A stretch of DNA of 64,000 nt from an uncultured Chloroflexia bacterium (GCA_963768655.1 CAVYIM010000003.1:800001-864000); one strand, 5' to 3'. Shown: positions 9,511-20,451, counted from the first letter of the stretch. Numbers and translations are program-made. Notes: a model not told the origin generated them from the letters alone.

Positions 9511-10809
9511 CTAGCGGACCTCGACGACGAGGAAGTCCATCGAGCCCGCGGGGATCTCGACGCGGATCTTCTCGCCGGCCCTGCGGCCAATCAACGCCCG
9601 CCCGATCGGTGACGTGAAGCTGATCTTGCCGGCATTGGCGTCGGCCTCGGCCGAGCCGACGATGGTGAACGTCTCCTCGCCGTGGCGGTCGGTCTCGACG
9701 ACGACTGTCGATCCGAGCTCGACCACGCTGCCGCCCTCGCTGGTGGAATGGATGATCACTGCATGCTTGATCATCTGCTCGAGCTGCTGGACGCGGCCTT
9801 CGAGGAAGGACTGCTCCTTGCGGGCGGCTTCGTAGTCGGCGTTCTCGCTCAGGTCGCCCAGCTCACGGGCGGCCTTGATGCGGGCGATGACCTCCGGGCG
9901 ACGGCGTGTCGTGAGCTCCTCCAGCTCGGTGCGCATGTTGGCCAGGCCTTCGGCCGTAAGGTGGGTCGGCGCGATCGCCATTCCGGGCGGGGGCGCGGCC
10001 AGCCGTCGGGCGCGGGTGGCAGGCTCGGCCCTGGGGATGGGCCGCCGCCGGGGCGTGTTGTCTCGGGACGAGACGGGTCTGGCCGGTGCCGGCTTGCGCG
10101 CGGCGGAGGCACGAGCGGCAGCGCGTGGCATAGAGGTACGTGCGCCGCGCGCGGAGCCGCGTGCCGGCGGAACTTCTTCCGGACCATCGGGCAGAACGGT
10201 CACGTGGGTCGGCCCGGCGGGGAGGCTGCCGGCGCTCTCGTCGTGCAGGGGCGCGGTCAGGCCGTGGCTCCGGTGTTCCCCCGACGGTGTGACCAGCACG
10301 CCGTACGGCAGCGCACCGGCCGTCTTGACGAAGCGGTCTATCAGGGCGTCCTCCCACAGTTCGGCGTCCCGAGTGGGGGACCACCAGATCCGGGTCCGGT
10401 TGAGATCGTGGAGCGTCTTGAGCCAGTAGCCGGCGGACTGCGGTCGCCGCTCACCGAGCAGCGTCTTGTACATGCCCGACAGGCGTGCGCCGACGGACTT
10501 CTGGCTCGACCCGACGTAGAGGATCACCTGGTTGGGCAGCCAGAACGAGGCCAGGCGCGTCTGCAGCTCAGCGACCGTCGGGCGCTTGCCGTCGAGGCGC
10601 AGGTCGGGCGCGCGATCGAGCCACTGGCGGACAGCCGTCGGGTCGATGGAGACCTTGGGCTGCGGCGCCGGCAGCTCCACGATGAAGACGCCGGGCCCGC
10701 TCGGGACGACGGGTCGTCCCCACAGGATCGGGCCTTCTACCGGGAGCTCGAGGGCCCGCAGCAGGTCATGACCGTTCAGGATCGTTGCCGGGGAGGGTGA
10801 AGTCGTCAC
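9511..10809 (-). CDS. greA: Transcription elongation factor GreA with N-terminal GIY-YIG-like domain and Pro/Arg/Ala linker
   Basis: C-terminal LTAEG...ELEEL...ARELGDLSENADYEAA...KISFTSPIGRALIG. About 190-aa N-domain with PGVFIV...ILYVGSS...RL. Confidence 0.9.
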   Translation of the reverse strand: MTTSPSPATILNGHDLLRALELPVEGPILWGRPVVPSGPGVFIVELPAPQPKVSIDPTAVRQWLDRAPDLRLDGKRPTVAELQTRLASFWLPNQVILYVGSSQKSVGARLSGMYKTLLGERRPQSAGYWLKTLHDLNRTRIWWSPTRDAELWEDALIDRFVKTAGALPYGVLVTPSGEHRSHGLTAPLHDESAGSLPAGPTHVTVLPDGPEEVPPARGSARGARTSMPRAAARASAARKPAPARPVSSRDNTPRRRPIPRAEPATRARRLAAPPPGMAIAPTHLTAEGLANMRTELEELTTRRRPEVIARIKAARELGDLSENADYEAARKEQSFLEGRVQQLEQMIKHAVIIHSTSEGGSVVELGSTVVVETDRHGEETFTIVGSAEADANAGKISFTSPIGRALIGRRAGEKIRVEIPAGSMDFLVVEVR

Positions 10810-10989
10810 CTGTGAACCGTGCTATGCGGCGCCGTTCTTGTCAAACGCGACCCCTCGCGGGCCCGCCGTGAGGCGTGGCGGGGCGTCCCGGGCATCCTTT
10901 CGCGCGGCAAACGATTGCCGCTGTAGCATGGGCCCGGCCCATGTTCGTGGCCCGGAGGGGACCCTTGCCTGGTTCGGAGGAGAACTCAC

Positions 10990-11285
10990 GTGCGACGGAT
11001 AGGTTTGGTCCTCGCGGCGGCCGCGGTCTTGATCGCCGCTCCGACTTCAAGCTCAACTGGAACGTATCGCCATACAAGGGGCCGGGGACCTACGCCGATC
11101 CCTCGACCTACCAGGGCTCCGTAGAGCTCGACGCCAGCAACGGAGACGAATACGACCCGGTGACGGCAAGCGTGTTGTCTCTCACGGTCAAGGCCGACGG
11201 TTCGGGCTCGGCGACGTTCAAGAACCTGGAGGATCAGTACACCAACGCGGCCGTGAGCGGCAGCGAGACGTGGACCTGTGGCTGA
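10990..11285 (+). pseudogene. Disrupted exported protein (signal peptide out of frame with a beta-rich C-terminus)
   Basis: RBS GGAGGAG, GTG start, MRRIGLVLAAAAVLIAA, then a frame change to SDFKLNWNVSPYKGPGTY...GSETWTCG. Confidence 0.5.
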
Positions 11286-11363
11286 GCCCGGGGCCGCTCG
11301 GCGGGCACCGGATGTGGATCCCGCTCCTTTGCGAGTTGCGGTAGCGGGCCGCCTGGCGACGAG

Positions 11364-12566
11364 CTACCTCATGAGCGTCGGATCCTCTGCGACCGGGATG
11401 CCGAGCAGGAGCGGCAGGCCCATGCGGTTGGTGTAGATCGGGCGGTATCGATCGACGTTGTACATCGTGGCGATATCGATCGAGCGCGGGCCCTGGTCGG
11501 GATTCGGCAGCGGGGAGTGGCTGTACTTGCCGCCGCGGATGGCGACCATCCGGCCGCTGATGCCGTCGGCGATCAGGTTCATGGCCACGTTGGCGAAGGT
11601 GATGCCGACGATCGAGTCGACTGCGTCCGGGTCGCCTGAGCGCAGGTCGTAGGTCAGCTCACTGGCGAGCGTCTCATGACCCGAGCGGGCCTGGATCTCC
11701 GACGCGAGCACTTCGGCGATGTTGGCCTTGTGGCGGTGTCCGAAGGAGTCGGCGGGGCCGTACTCGGTCAACTCGCCGCCCTTCCAGATCGCGCCCTCGG
11801 CGGCGATGGCAAATGAGTACTTGCTGGGATTGTTGCGCTTGTCCTCGACGAGCAGCTCGACCAGGTGGTCCAGGTCGAACTCGTACTCGGGGATCAGGCA
11901 GCGACCGCTGGTGACGTAGGCCGTGTACAGCGCAGTGAAGCCGGCGTCGCGGCCGAAGATGCGGAAGACGCCGATCCGCTCGTGCGAGCCGAGGGTGGTC
12001 CGCTGGCGGTTGATCGCCTCCTTCGCCCGGGTGATGGCCGTCGAGAAGCCGATGCAGTATTCGGTGCCCTGAACGTCGTTGTCCATGGTCTTGGGCACGG
12101 CCACGAGCTTCACGCCGGCGTCGGCCAGGACCTGGCTGAAGCTCAGCGTGTCATCGCCGCCGATCGGGACCAGGTAGTCGAGACCGAGGCGCTTGATGTT
12201 CTCGAGGACGATCGGGGTGAAGTCGTAGACGCCGTCCTTGACCTCGAGCTGCTTCAGGCGTTCGGCCGAGACGTGCGCCGGGGTCTTGCCGGCCTTCATC
12301 TTGCGGGCGTTCGTCCGCGAGGTGTGCAGCCATGTTCCGCCGGTTCGATCGATCGAGCGGGTGTTGGTCCGATCGAGCGGAATGATGTAGTCGGTGTCGA
12401 GGCCGGGGCCCGGCTTCATGTGGGTCAGGCCTTCCCAGCCGCGCCGGATGCCGTAGACCTCGTAGCCAAGCTCGGTTGCGCGATAGACAACGCTCTTGAT
12501 GACGGCGTTGAGTCCGGGGACGTCGCCGCCTCCGGTCAGGATGCCGATGCGCGGGGTTCGAGTCAT
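11364..12566 (-). CDS. 6-phosphofructokinase, probably PPi-dependent
   Basis: IGILTGGGDVPGLN, IGGDDT and VPKTMDND. The GGDD motif is the PPi-type signature. Confidence 0.9.
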   Translation of the reverse strand: MTRTPRIGILTGGGDVPGLNAVIKSVVYRATELGYEVYGIRRGWEGLTHMKPGPGLDTDYIIPLDRTNTRSIDRTGGTWLHTSRTNARKMKAGKTPAHVSAERLKQLEVKDGVYDFTPIVLENIKRLGLDYLVPIGGDDTLSFSQVLADAGVKLVAVPKTMDNDVQGTEYCIGFSTAITRAKEAINRQRTTLGSHERIGVFRIFGRDAGFTALYTAYVTSGRCLIPEYEFDLDHLVELLVEDKRNNPSKYSFAIAAEGAIWKGGELTEYGPADSFGHRHKANIAEVLASEIQARSGHETLASELTYDLRSGDPDAVDSIVGITFANVAMNLIADGISGRMVAIRGGKYSHSPLPNPDQGPRSIDIATMYNVDRYRPIYTNRMGLPLLLGIPVAEDPTLMR

Positions 12567-12765
12567 GCGTGCCTTCCGTGGATGAGGGGCGCGGCCGGGG
12601 CAGCGGTCGCGACGTTCAGGCGCAGCCGAATTCCGGCCGCGATGGACCCGTCCGATTTGCCGGCCCATTCTAGGCGACCGGCGACGCCGCGCGAAGTGGC
12701 CGCGAAGCGGCGCGGCTGGGACGCGCCCGTGACGGCGCCGCGCGTCGGCCCCCCGCCCGTCCGCG

Positions 12766-13644
12766 CTACCGCTCGAACTGGTACCGCAGGAAGAGGTCGT
12801 CGCCGGCGCGGCGGACGGCGAGCAGCTTCGACCAGCGGCCGTGATGATCGCCGAAGCTCGTGCCTTCGACCAGGGCCAGGCGGTGCGCGTACGTGTCGCG
12901 GCCGACGATCTGCGGCGCCAGCGTGAGGAACAGCTCGTCGATGAGGCGCGCCCGCAGCAGCTCGCCAAAGAGGTGCGGGCCGCCCTCGCAGAGTGCCAGG
13001 CGGGCGCCCGTGCCTCGGACCAGCTCCAGGATCGCCCCGGCCGGAACCCGCTCCTCGGAACCGACCGCCTCCACCTTCATGTTCGCGGGGAGCGGCCGCG
13101 CGCCGAGGCGCGCCGCTCCGGCGGGGGTCGTGGCCACGATCACCGGAACATCCGGCGCGGAGAGGCCCGGGTGAGCGGGATCGAGGTTGCCGCTGGCGGT
13201 CACGACGATCGTGGTGGGCTGGACCGGCAGCCACAGCTCGGCGCGCCACGCGGCGAAGTCATCGGCGAGGGCCGGATACAGGTAACCGGCCGTCCAGCGG
13301 TGGCGGTTCCCGACGCGCACCGTCCCGGCCCCGACGATCACGACGTCCGCGAGGCCCCGCAGCAGGGCCATCATGAATCGGTCGGCGTCGGAGAAGCCGC
13401 TGATCTCGCCCCCTCCGGCAGCGGGCTCGCTCGGGCCGAGGGCGACTGCGCCGTCGACGGTCGACACGAAGTTGGCGATCACCGTGGGGCGCTCCGGGAT
13501 GAGCGTCACCGCAAGTTCGCCTGCGTAGCGCGCTGCCAGAGCCGGCGGCAGCGGCCCGCCTCGCGCATCGACTCCCTCGGCAGACACGGTCTCCGGGGCG
13601 TGCCAGAGCGGCTCGAGCGCCAGCCCTTCGCTACGACCTGCCAC
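12766..13644 (-). CDS. RibD C-terminal / dihydrofolate reductase-family protein
   Basis: ANFVSTVDG, ADVVIVGAGTVR, LCEGGPHLFG, IDELFLTLAP. Confidence 0.85.
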   Translation of the reverse strand: MAGRSEGLALEPLWHAPETVSAEGVDARGGPLPPALAARYAGELAVTLIPERPTVIANFVSTVDGAVALGPSEPAAGGGEISGFSDADRFMMALLRGLADVVIVGAGTVRVGNRHRWTAGYLYPALADDFAAWRAELWLPVQPTTIVVTASGNLDPAHPGLSAPDVPVIVATTPAGAARLGARPLPANMKVEAVGSEERVPAGAILELVRGTGARLALCEGGPHLFGELLRARLIDELFLTLAPQIVGRDTYAHRLALVEGTSFGDHHGRWSKLLAVRRAGDDLFLRYQFER

Positions 13645-13679
13645 CTGGGCTCCTCGTCACGTCCGGTGCGCCGGTGTCG

Positions 13680-14438
13680 TCACTCGCGGACCCCGCGTCC
13701 CATTCCGGCCAGATCGTAGAACTCGGAGCGCAGCGCGGCGCTGGTTTCATACGCCCCGCGGAACGCGGTCGTGCGAGTCATCGGATGGGTTTCGCGCACG
13801 CCGCGCATCTGGGTGCAGAGATGGTGCGCCTCCATTGTCACAGCCACGCCGTGCGGTTCGGTCAGCTCGACCAGGGCCTCTGCGATCTGGTTGGTCATCC
13901 GCTCCTGGACGCCGAAACGGCGCGTGGCGATGCGAACCAGCCGGGTCAACTTGCTGATGCCGATGATGTGCTCGTGGGCGATGTAGCCGACGAAGGCATG
14001 GCCCATGAAGGGCAGGGCGTGATGCTCGCACAGCGCGGTGAAGGGGATCGGCCCCTCGACCACCTGGGACAGCTCGCAGCTGGCGCCGCCGTAGCACTCG
14101 GTCGGGAAGACGGTCACGAGCTTGGGGTCGCCGTCATAGCCCTCGGTCGAGTCGAACAGGGCGCGAACGAACCGGCGCGGTGTGTCGCGCGTGCCGGGCG
14201 TGTCGAGCTGCAGACCCATCGCCGACAGTATCTCGCCCATGTTGGCCTCGTAGCGCGCCCAGTCCTCCGGCGAGATGGCGGCACGGCGGCGGCGGATGCC
14301 GGCGTCGTCGAACTCGATCGACAGGCCGGCCGCATGGTGGTGGACCACGCCGTCGAGGTCGTCGTCCGAATGCTCGTGGCGGTCAAGCCGCAGCGGCGCG
14401 TTCAGGTTCGCGTTGCCGGCTTCGTCGTGCGTCGTCAT
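13680..14438 (-). CDS. folE: GTP cyclohydrolase I with His/Asp-rich N-terminal extension
   Basis: TPRRF, LCEHHALPF, GISKLTRLV, VQERMT, HHLCTQMRG. Confidence 0.92.
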   Translation of the reverse strand: MTTHDEAGNANLNAPLRLDRHEHSDDDLDGVVHHHAAGLSIEFDDAGIRRRRAAISPEDWARYEANMGEILSAMGLQLDTPGTRDTPRRFVRALFDSTEGYDGDPKLVTVFPTECYGGASCELSQVVEGPIPFTALCEHHALPFMGHAFVGYIAHEHIIGISKLTRLVRIATRRFGVQERMTNQIAEALVELTEPHGVAVTMEAHHLCTQMRGVRETHPMTRTTAFRGAYETSAALRSEFYDLAGMGRGVRE

Positions 14439-14556
14439 TTCGGCCTCCCTGTCCGAACATCCTCCCTGTCCGAACAATATGGCCCTTCGTCGCGACTCGC
14501 CCGCCGGGCCGGCCGGCACGGTCGCGGCGTCGGGAACGAACCCGCGCCGCGACCGG

Positions 14557-14979
14557 TCAGAGCAGCCGCAGTTCGGTGGCTTCGTTCGTGTCGATGCTGC
14601 GGGCGCAGGTCGGGCAGTACCAGCGCGCTTCGAGCGGAGTGCCGCAGGTCTCGTGCCGGAGGGCGTCGGACGAGTCGGCGCGGGAGCCCCAGTCGGCCAG
14701 GAGGCGCAGCGCGCCGGCGAGTTCGAGGCCGTCGGCGGTCAGCTCGTAGCTCAGGCGGAGTGGGCGCTCCGAATAGGGCCGCGTCAGCAGAACCCGCTCG
14801 CGTTCGAGGCGTTTGAGCCGGTCCGACAGGATGTTCGGGGCGATCCCCGACAGTGCCGTCTGCAGGTCGTTGAAGCGGCGCGGGCCGTCGAGCAGCGCCT
14901 CGACGACGAGCAGGCTCCAGCGGTCGCCGACGCGATCGAGCGCGGCCTGGAGGGGGGATGGAGCTGCTTCTCCGGTCAC
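14557..14979 (-). CDS. HxlR-family winged-helix regulator with C-terminal HxxC/CxxC ribbon
   Basis: ALDRVGDRWSLLVV...GPRRFNDL...LSDRLKRL...YELT and RHETCG...CPTC. Confidence 0.9.
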   Translation of the reverse strand: MTGEAAPSPLQAALDRVGDRWSLLVVEALLDGPRRFNDLQTALSGIAPNILSDRLKRLERERVLLTRPYSERPLRLSYELTADGLELAGALRLLADWGSRADSSDALRHETCGTPLEARWYCPTCARSIDTNEATELRLL

Positions 14980-15026
14980 GGCGACATCGTAGCGAGTCCG
15001 GGTCTTGCGCGATCCGGCGTGGCGTT

Positions 15027-15049
15027 GTAACTTGCAACTCGCTAGTTAC
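15027..15049. promoter_or_regulatory. Putative HxlR operator
   Basis: Imperfect inverted repeat GTAACTTGC-N5-GCTAGTTAC in the divergent intergenic region. Confidence 0.55.
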
Positions 15050-15103
15050 TACGACGGACGTTGACGAGGCCGCAAGAGCGGCGCGGCCAAGGAGCAGTTT
15101 CGA

Positions 15104-16031
15104 ATGGGCGCACTGGACGAACTTTCGGCGGCGGTGTCAAAGGTGGCCGGGCTGGCGGGCCCGAGCGTGGTCGGGATCGGCGGGCGATGGCGCCGCGGGT
15201 CCGGGGTGATCGTGGCGGAGAACCGAGTGCTCACCAACGCCCACAACGTCCACGGTGACGAGGCCACGTGCGTGTTCGCGGACGGCCGTCGAGCTCGCGG
15301 CAGGCTGCTCGGTGAGGACATGGATGGCGATCTCGCCGTTCTCGAAGTCGACACGGCCGGCGCGGCCGCGCTTCCCTGGGCGAACGCGAAGTCGGCGCCG
15401 GCGGTCGGCTCGATCGTGTTTGCCGTAGCCAGCGCCGCGGCGGGCGGCGTTCGGACGACGGTCGGCATGGTCTCCGGCGTGGAGCGCTCGTTCCGCGGCC
15501 CGGGCGGCCGGCTGATCGGCGGCAGCATCGAGCACACGGCGCCGCTGGCGTCGGGCTCGTCCGGAAGCCCGGTCCTGGACGGCGAGGGGCGGCTGCTCGG
15601 TATCAACACCCAGCGGATCGGCGAGGGGTTCTACCTCGCGCTTCCGGCGGACGAAAGCCTGCGGGCTCGAAATCGACGCCCTGGGTCGAGGCGAGTCGAC
15701 CGTTCGGCCGCGGCTCGGCATTGCCGTCGCGCCCGGCCACGTGGCCCGACATCTGCGGCGAGCGGTCGGCCTGCCCGACCGTGACGGCGTCCTGGTTCGC
15801 GGCGTCGAGGAAGGCAGCCCGGCCGAGTCGGCGGGGATCCGCGAGGGCGACCTGATCGTGTCCGCCGGCGGCGCTCCCATCGAAGACCCGGACGCTCTGC
15901 ACGAAGCCCTGGCGCGGGCCGGCTCCGGCAACCTCGACCTCGGTCTGGTTCGTGGGGTCGAAGAGCTGACGGTCACGGTCGACCTGGGCGGCGAGGCTTC
16001 GGGTGGCGAGGCTTCGAAGAAGGCGAACTGA
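15104..16031 (+). CDS. Trypsin-like (S1C/HtrA-like) serine protease with PDZ domain; frameshift near 15670
   Basis: LTNAHNV, DLAVL, GSSGSP, then PRLGIAV...GVLVRGVEEGSPAESAGIREGDLI. Confidence 0.85.
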
Positions 16032-16157
16032 TCGAAGGCGTTAGCTGGGTCGAGGAACCGCTGGCGAGGCACGCGGAGCCCCGCTCGGCAGGCCTGGCCT
16101 GTGCGCTAGTCTTGAGGCGCTCCGGCTCGTGGGAGATGCCTGCAGTGGGGCCGTGTG

Positions 16158-18321
16158 ATGGGCGTGTCTTTCCTGACAAATCTGCGATCGCGTCGAGCCG
16201 CGAGCGCCCGCCTCGCGGAGGCCCGTCGACTTCGGGCGCTCGGCCAGGCGAATGAGGAGATCTCCTGTTACGAGGATGTCATCGCCCAATTCGGCGAGAC
16301 CTCCGACCGGCGCCAGCACGAACAAGTCGCCTATGCCCTCCAGTGCAAGGCGTTCGCGCTGCGCGAGGCGGGGCGCCTCGATGATTCTTTGAAGTCATAC
16401 GAGTCGCTTGTCAGTCGGTTCGATGGAGACCGGGAATCTCGTATGCAATGGAGAGTCGCGCACGCTCTCCTGAACAGGGCCTCAGTCCTCAGGGATCTCA
16501 AGAGGCGAGAGGAGGCTCTGGACGCCTACGAGGAGGTCGTCAGCCGGTTTGGCGACCGCCCCGAACGTTGGATCCCGCCTCTTGTAGGCTCCGCACTGTA
16601 TGGCAAGGCGTTCATCCTCAGCACCCTGAACCGCCATGCCGACGCGATACGGCAGCTCGACGAACTGGTGGCGAGATTCGGCGACTCGCGCGACTCGACG
16701 CTCAAAGAGTTGGCCGCGACGGCCCTGGTCTTGAAGAGTGGATCGCTGCACGAACTTGGCAGGCTTGACGACGAGACAGCCGTCCTGAACCGCGGTATCG
16801 CACGTTTGGAGGCCATTCCTTCGTCGCCCGGCCGCGATGCAAGGCTGGCGAGCGCCCTGGTTCATCGAGGCGATGCGCTCGACCGGCTAGGCCGGCATGA
16901 GGTGGCAATCGCCGCGTACGACAGAGTTATCGACGACTTCGGCGAAACCGTCGATTCCGATCTAGCGGAGGATGTCTATTGCGCTCTGGCGGGCAGGGCG
17001 CAGGCGGAGCTCGAGACGGGCCGACCGGTGCAGGCACTCTCGACACACCGACTGACCATTGGGTGGCTGGAAGAGCGCATCAAGACCGTTCCGGATCCTC
17101 GCCTTCGTGAGCTGCTCGCTGACACGTACGTTCGGGCCGGCCTCTTGCAGAGCGACTTGGGACGGCCAGACGAGGCAATTGCCACTTACGACAGACTGAT
17201 CGAACGACTGGGCGATGCACCTGAAGCCGCGGTGCGCGGCTGGGTCATCCGCGCTCTCGTGCGCAAAGGGACGCTTCTCTCCGGGGCCGACATGTTCGCT
17301 GAGGCGGAGCCCGCGTTTGAGCGAGCCGGCGAACTCTACGATAGCGCCCCTGATCACGCCCTCGCCGAGGAGGCAGCGGCCGCGCTGATAGGTGAAGGCC
17401 TCGCCTATCAGTGGATGGGACAAGAAGAAGAGGCGTTGACAGCGTTCGATGGGGTGATCGAACGATTTGGGGAGGCGCCTGATGCCTCTCTCGTCCTGTA
17501 TCTCGTCCGGGCCTTTGCGTGCAAAGGAAGCGTGCTCCTTGAGATGGGTCGATTCGAGGCCGCCATCCTTTCGTTCGACAGCGCGTCGCGCCGCGCCGGG
17601 GAGTCGCCCCAGGGCGCGGTCTTGGAACAGGCGGTCGCCGCGCTTGTCAACAAAGCGTCCGCGCTGGCGCATCTGGATCGGCACGATGAGGAGCTGGCGA
17701 TCTGCCACGACATCGTGGCGAAATTCGGAGCGAGAGCGGAGTTGGACCTTCGCAAGAACGTTGCGACATCGCTGTTTTGCGCGGCCCGCACCCTGGAGGA
17801 AATGGGGCAGCCGGAGGAGGCCCTCTCGAACTACGACAACATATTGGAGCGCGTGGAGGCGGCTCAGGAAACGCCCCTTCGTGAGCTGGCCGCAATGTCC
17901 TTAGTGAAATCGAGCCCGGACCCTCTCGAATCTGGGGCGGTTTGGCGACGCGCTTATCGCCGCAGACCAAGCCACGACTCGCTGTGCAGAGGCAACGGAA
18001 CAGCCGCTGACCGAGCAACTCGCCCGCGCTGGCGTCGCCAGGGGCGTCGCCCTCGCCGGCCTCGCACGCCGAGACGAGGCGCTGGCCACGTGCGAGGAAG
18101 TCTTGGCGCGGTTCGGGGCATCGAGCGACGCTGGGTTCGCCTACGCCGTGGCCACCGCACTCGGCAACAAGGCCCATCTGTTGGCCGATGCGGGTCGTCC
18201 GGCGGAGGCTCGCGCCACGCTGGACGAGCTTGCCGCTCAATTCACCGGAGCGTCAGACCCAGACCTCCTCGCAACGCTGGCTGACGCGGCCGAACTCAGA
18301 TCAAGTCTGGGCATGACCTGA
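16158..18321 (+). CDS. Long TPR-repeat protein; frameshift near 17915
   Basis: Recurring ~45-aa units of the form A.AL..K...L..LGR..EA...YD.V..RFG. Confidence 0.8.
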
Positions 18322-18380
18322 CCCCACGAGACTTGAACGGCGGGGTGCCGGTGCGCTCGCAACTGAGCCATGATCTAGCC

Positions 18381-19895
18381 ATGGCGACGCTCATCGGGGT
18401 AGACGTCGGGTCGACGCATATCAAGGCCGTGCTCGTGGCGCCGGGGAGTGGCGTGGTCCACGTCGCGCGGCGCGACACGCCGACCGACGCGGTTTCGGGC
18501 GGCGGCGCCACGCACCGGCCTGAGGAGCTGCTCGCGGCCGTGGAGTCGGCGATCGCGGAGTGCGTGGCGGCGACAGCGGGGTTCGCCGCGGGCCGTGGGC
18601 CCGGCGCCGCGCCCCTCGCCATCGGCATCGCCAGCATGTCCGAGGCCGGCGTGCCACTCGACGCGCGCGGCCGGCCGGTCGGCGAGATCGTGGCCTGGTT
18701 CGACCAACGGCCGGCGCCCCAGGCGGAGTGGCTCGAGCGGCGCGTCGGCGCCCCGGCGCTCTTCGCTCGCACGGGTCTCCGGCCGGAGGCAAAGTACACT
18801 CTGCCCAAGCTGCTGTGGCTGCGCGAGGAGCGGCCGCGCGAGTTCGCCCGGCTGCGGCGCTGGGCGGGCGTCGCGGAACTGGTCGCTCACCACCTCACGG
18901 GCGAGTTGGCCACGAACGCGTCGCTGGCCTGCCGGACCGCGGCCTTCGCCGTGGCCGATCGACGCTGGGATTCGGAACTCCTCGCGCTTGCCGGGCTGAC
19001 GCCCGAGCAGATGCCGGGGGTACTGCCGCTCGGTCGACCGGTCGGTGGGCTGGCCGCGGGCGCCGCGGCGCGCCTCGCGTTGCCCACGGGCACGCCTGTC
19101 GCGATCGCCGGCCACGACCATCTGGTCGGGGCGCTGGGCGCCGGCGTCACTCGTCCGGGCGACGTCCTGGACTCGATGGGCAGCGCCGAGGCAACGTTCC
19201 TGGTGACCGGGCAGCCGACCCTCGCCGACGAGCTGCGCCGGAGTGGGTTCTCGTCGGGCTGCCACGCGCTCGACGGGGCGTGGTACGTCGGCGGCGGGCT
19301 GCAGGCTTCGGGGGCGCTGGTCGAATGGTTCATAGCTCGGTTCATGCCGGCCGCAGATTCGAACCTGGACCGATACGCCGCCTTCCTCGCGCTCCTCGAC
19401 CGCGCCAGTCGCGAGCCGGCGCGCCCGCTGGTTCGACCGTACCTGCGCGGCCGGACCGCACCAAATCGCGACCCTTCGGCCGCCCTGGAAGTCGAGGGTC
19501 TGACCGAGTCGGACGGCCTGCCGGAGCTGGCCGCCGCGCTGATCGACGGCGCCGCATTCCACGTGCGTTGGATGCTCGAGGAGCTGGAACGTCTCACTGG
19601 CGTACGGCCCGGCTGCGTCCGCGTCATCGGCGGGGGAGCGCGCAACCCGCGCTGGCTCTCAGCGAAGGCAGCGCTCGGCCCGGGCCGGTTTGAGGTCGCG
19701 CGAACCGCCGAGGCCGCGGCTCTCGGGGCGGCCCTCGTCGGCGGGGTCGCCGGCGGCGCGTATGGGACCGTGGCCCAGGCCCTCGCCGACGCCGCTGCCG
19801 CCGAACGCGTCTCCGTCTCGCCCGGCGTCCGTGCCCGCTACGACGCCGCGTATCGCGACCGCTGGCTGCCCGCCGTCCTGGCCAGGCTCCGTTGA
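18381..19895 (+). CDS. FGGY-family carbohydrate kinase
   Basis: IGVDVGSTHIKA, WFDQR, PKLLWLRE, AGHDH, GGGARN. Confidence 0.88.
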   Translation: MATLIGVDVGSTHIKAVLVAPGSGVVHVARRDTPTDAVSGGGATHRPEELLAAVESAIAECVAATAGFAAGRGPGAAPLAIGIASMSEAGVPLDARGRPVGEIVAWFDQRPAPQAEWLERRVGAPALFARTGLRPEAKYTLPKLLWLREERPREFARLRRWAGVAELVAHHLTGELATNASLACRTAAFAVADRRWDSELLALAGLTPEQMPGVLPLGRPVGGLAAGAAARLALPTGTPVAIAGHDHLVGALGAGVTRPGDVLDSMGSAEATFLVTGQPTLADELRRSGFSSGCHALDGAWYVGGGLQASGALVEWFIARFMPAADSNLDRYAAFLALLDRASREPARPLVRPYLRGRTAPNRDPSAALEVEGLTESDGLPELAAALIDGAAFHVRWMLEELERLTGVRPGCVRVIGGGARNPRWLSAKAALGPGRFEVARTAEAAALGAALVGGVAGGAYGTVAQALADAAAAERVSVSPGVRARYDAAYRDRWLPAVLARLR

Positions 19896-20053
19896 TCGGG
19901 CAGGTCCGTCGCCCCAACGATGCGCCATCCGGGCCAATCATCGCCGGCGGCCGCCTGCGCCAGCCAGGCTCGTATCTTCTGCCGACACGGGGCCGCGGCA
20001 CGTCAGGGCCGCAGACGTCTGGCATACCGGGCCGGCACACAGGAGGACACACT

Positions 20054-20451
20054 GTGGCGCGTGTAGTGCATTTCGAGATCACGGCGGACAAGCCTGAAAG
20101 GGCGGTCCGGTTCTACAAGCAGGCCCTGGGCTGGCGGATCGAGCCATGGGGCGGCCCTTCGCCGTACTGGCTGGTCTCCACCGGCGCGGACGCCGAGTCG
20201 GGCATCGACGGGGCGATCAGGGACCGGGCGGGCGCCGGTCAGAGCACTATCAACACCGTTTGAGATTCCGAAATCTGGAGGCGGCCATCGAGTCGGTCCG
20301 CGCCGCTGGCGGCACGGTCGTCGGCGAGATCCAGATGGTCCCGGAGGTCGGCCGGTTCGTCTACGTCGCCGACACCGAAGGCAATCGCTTCGGCCTGATG
20401 GAGACGATGGCGCAGGCGACCGATCCGGATCCGGGTCTCCGCGTGGTGTAG
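20054..20451 (+). CDS. VOC/glyoxalase-family protein; indels near 20260-20275
   Basis: MARVVHFEI...FYKQALGW...GIDGAI and ...DTEGNRFGLME. Confidence 0.85.
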
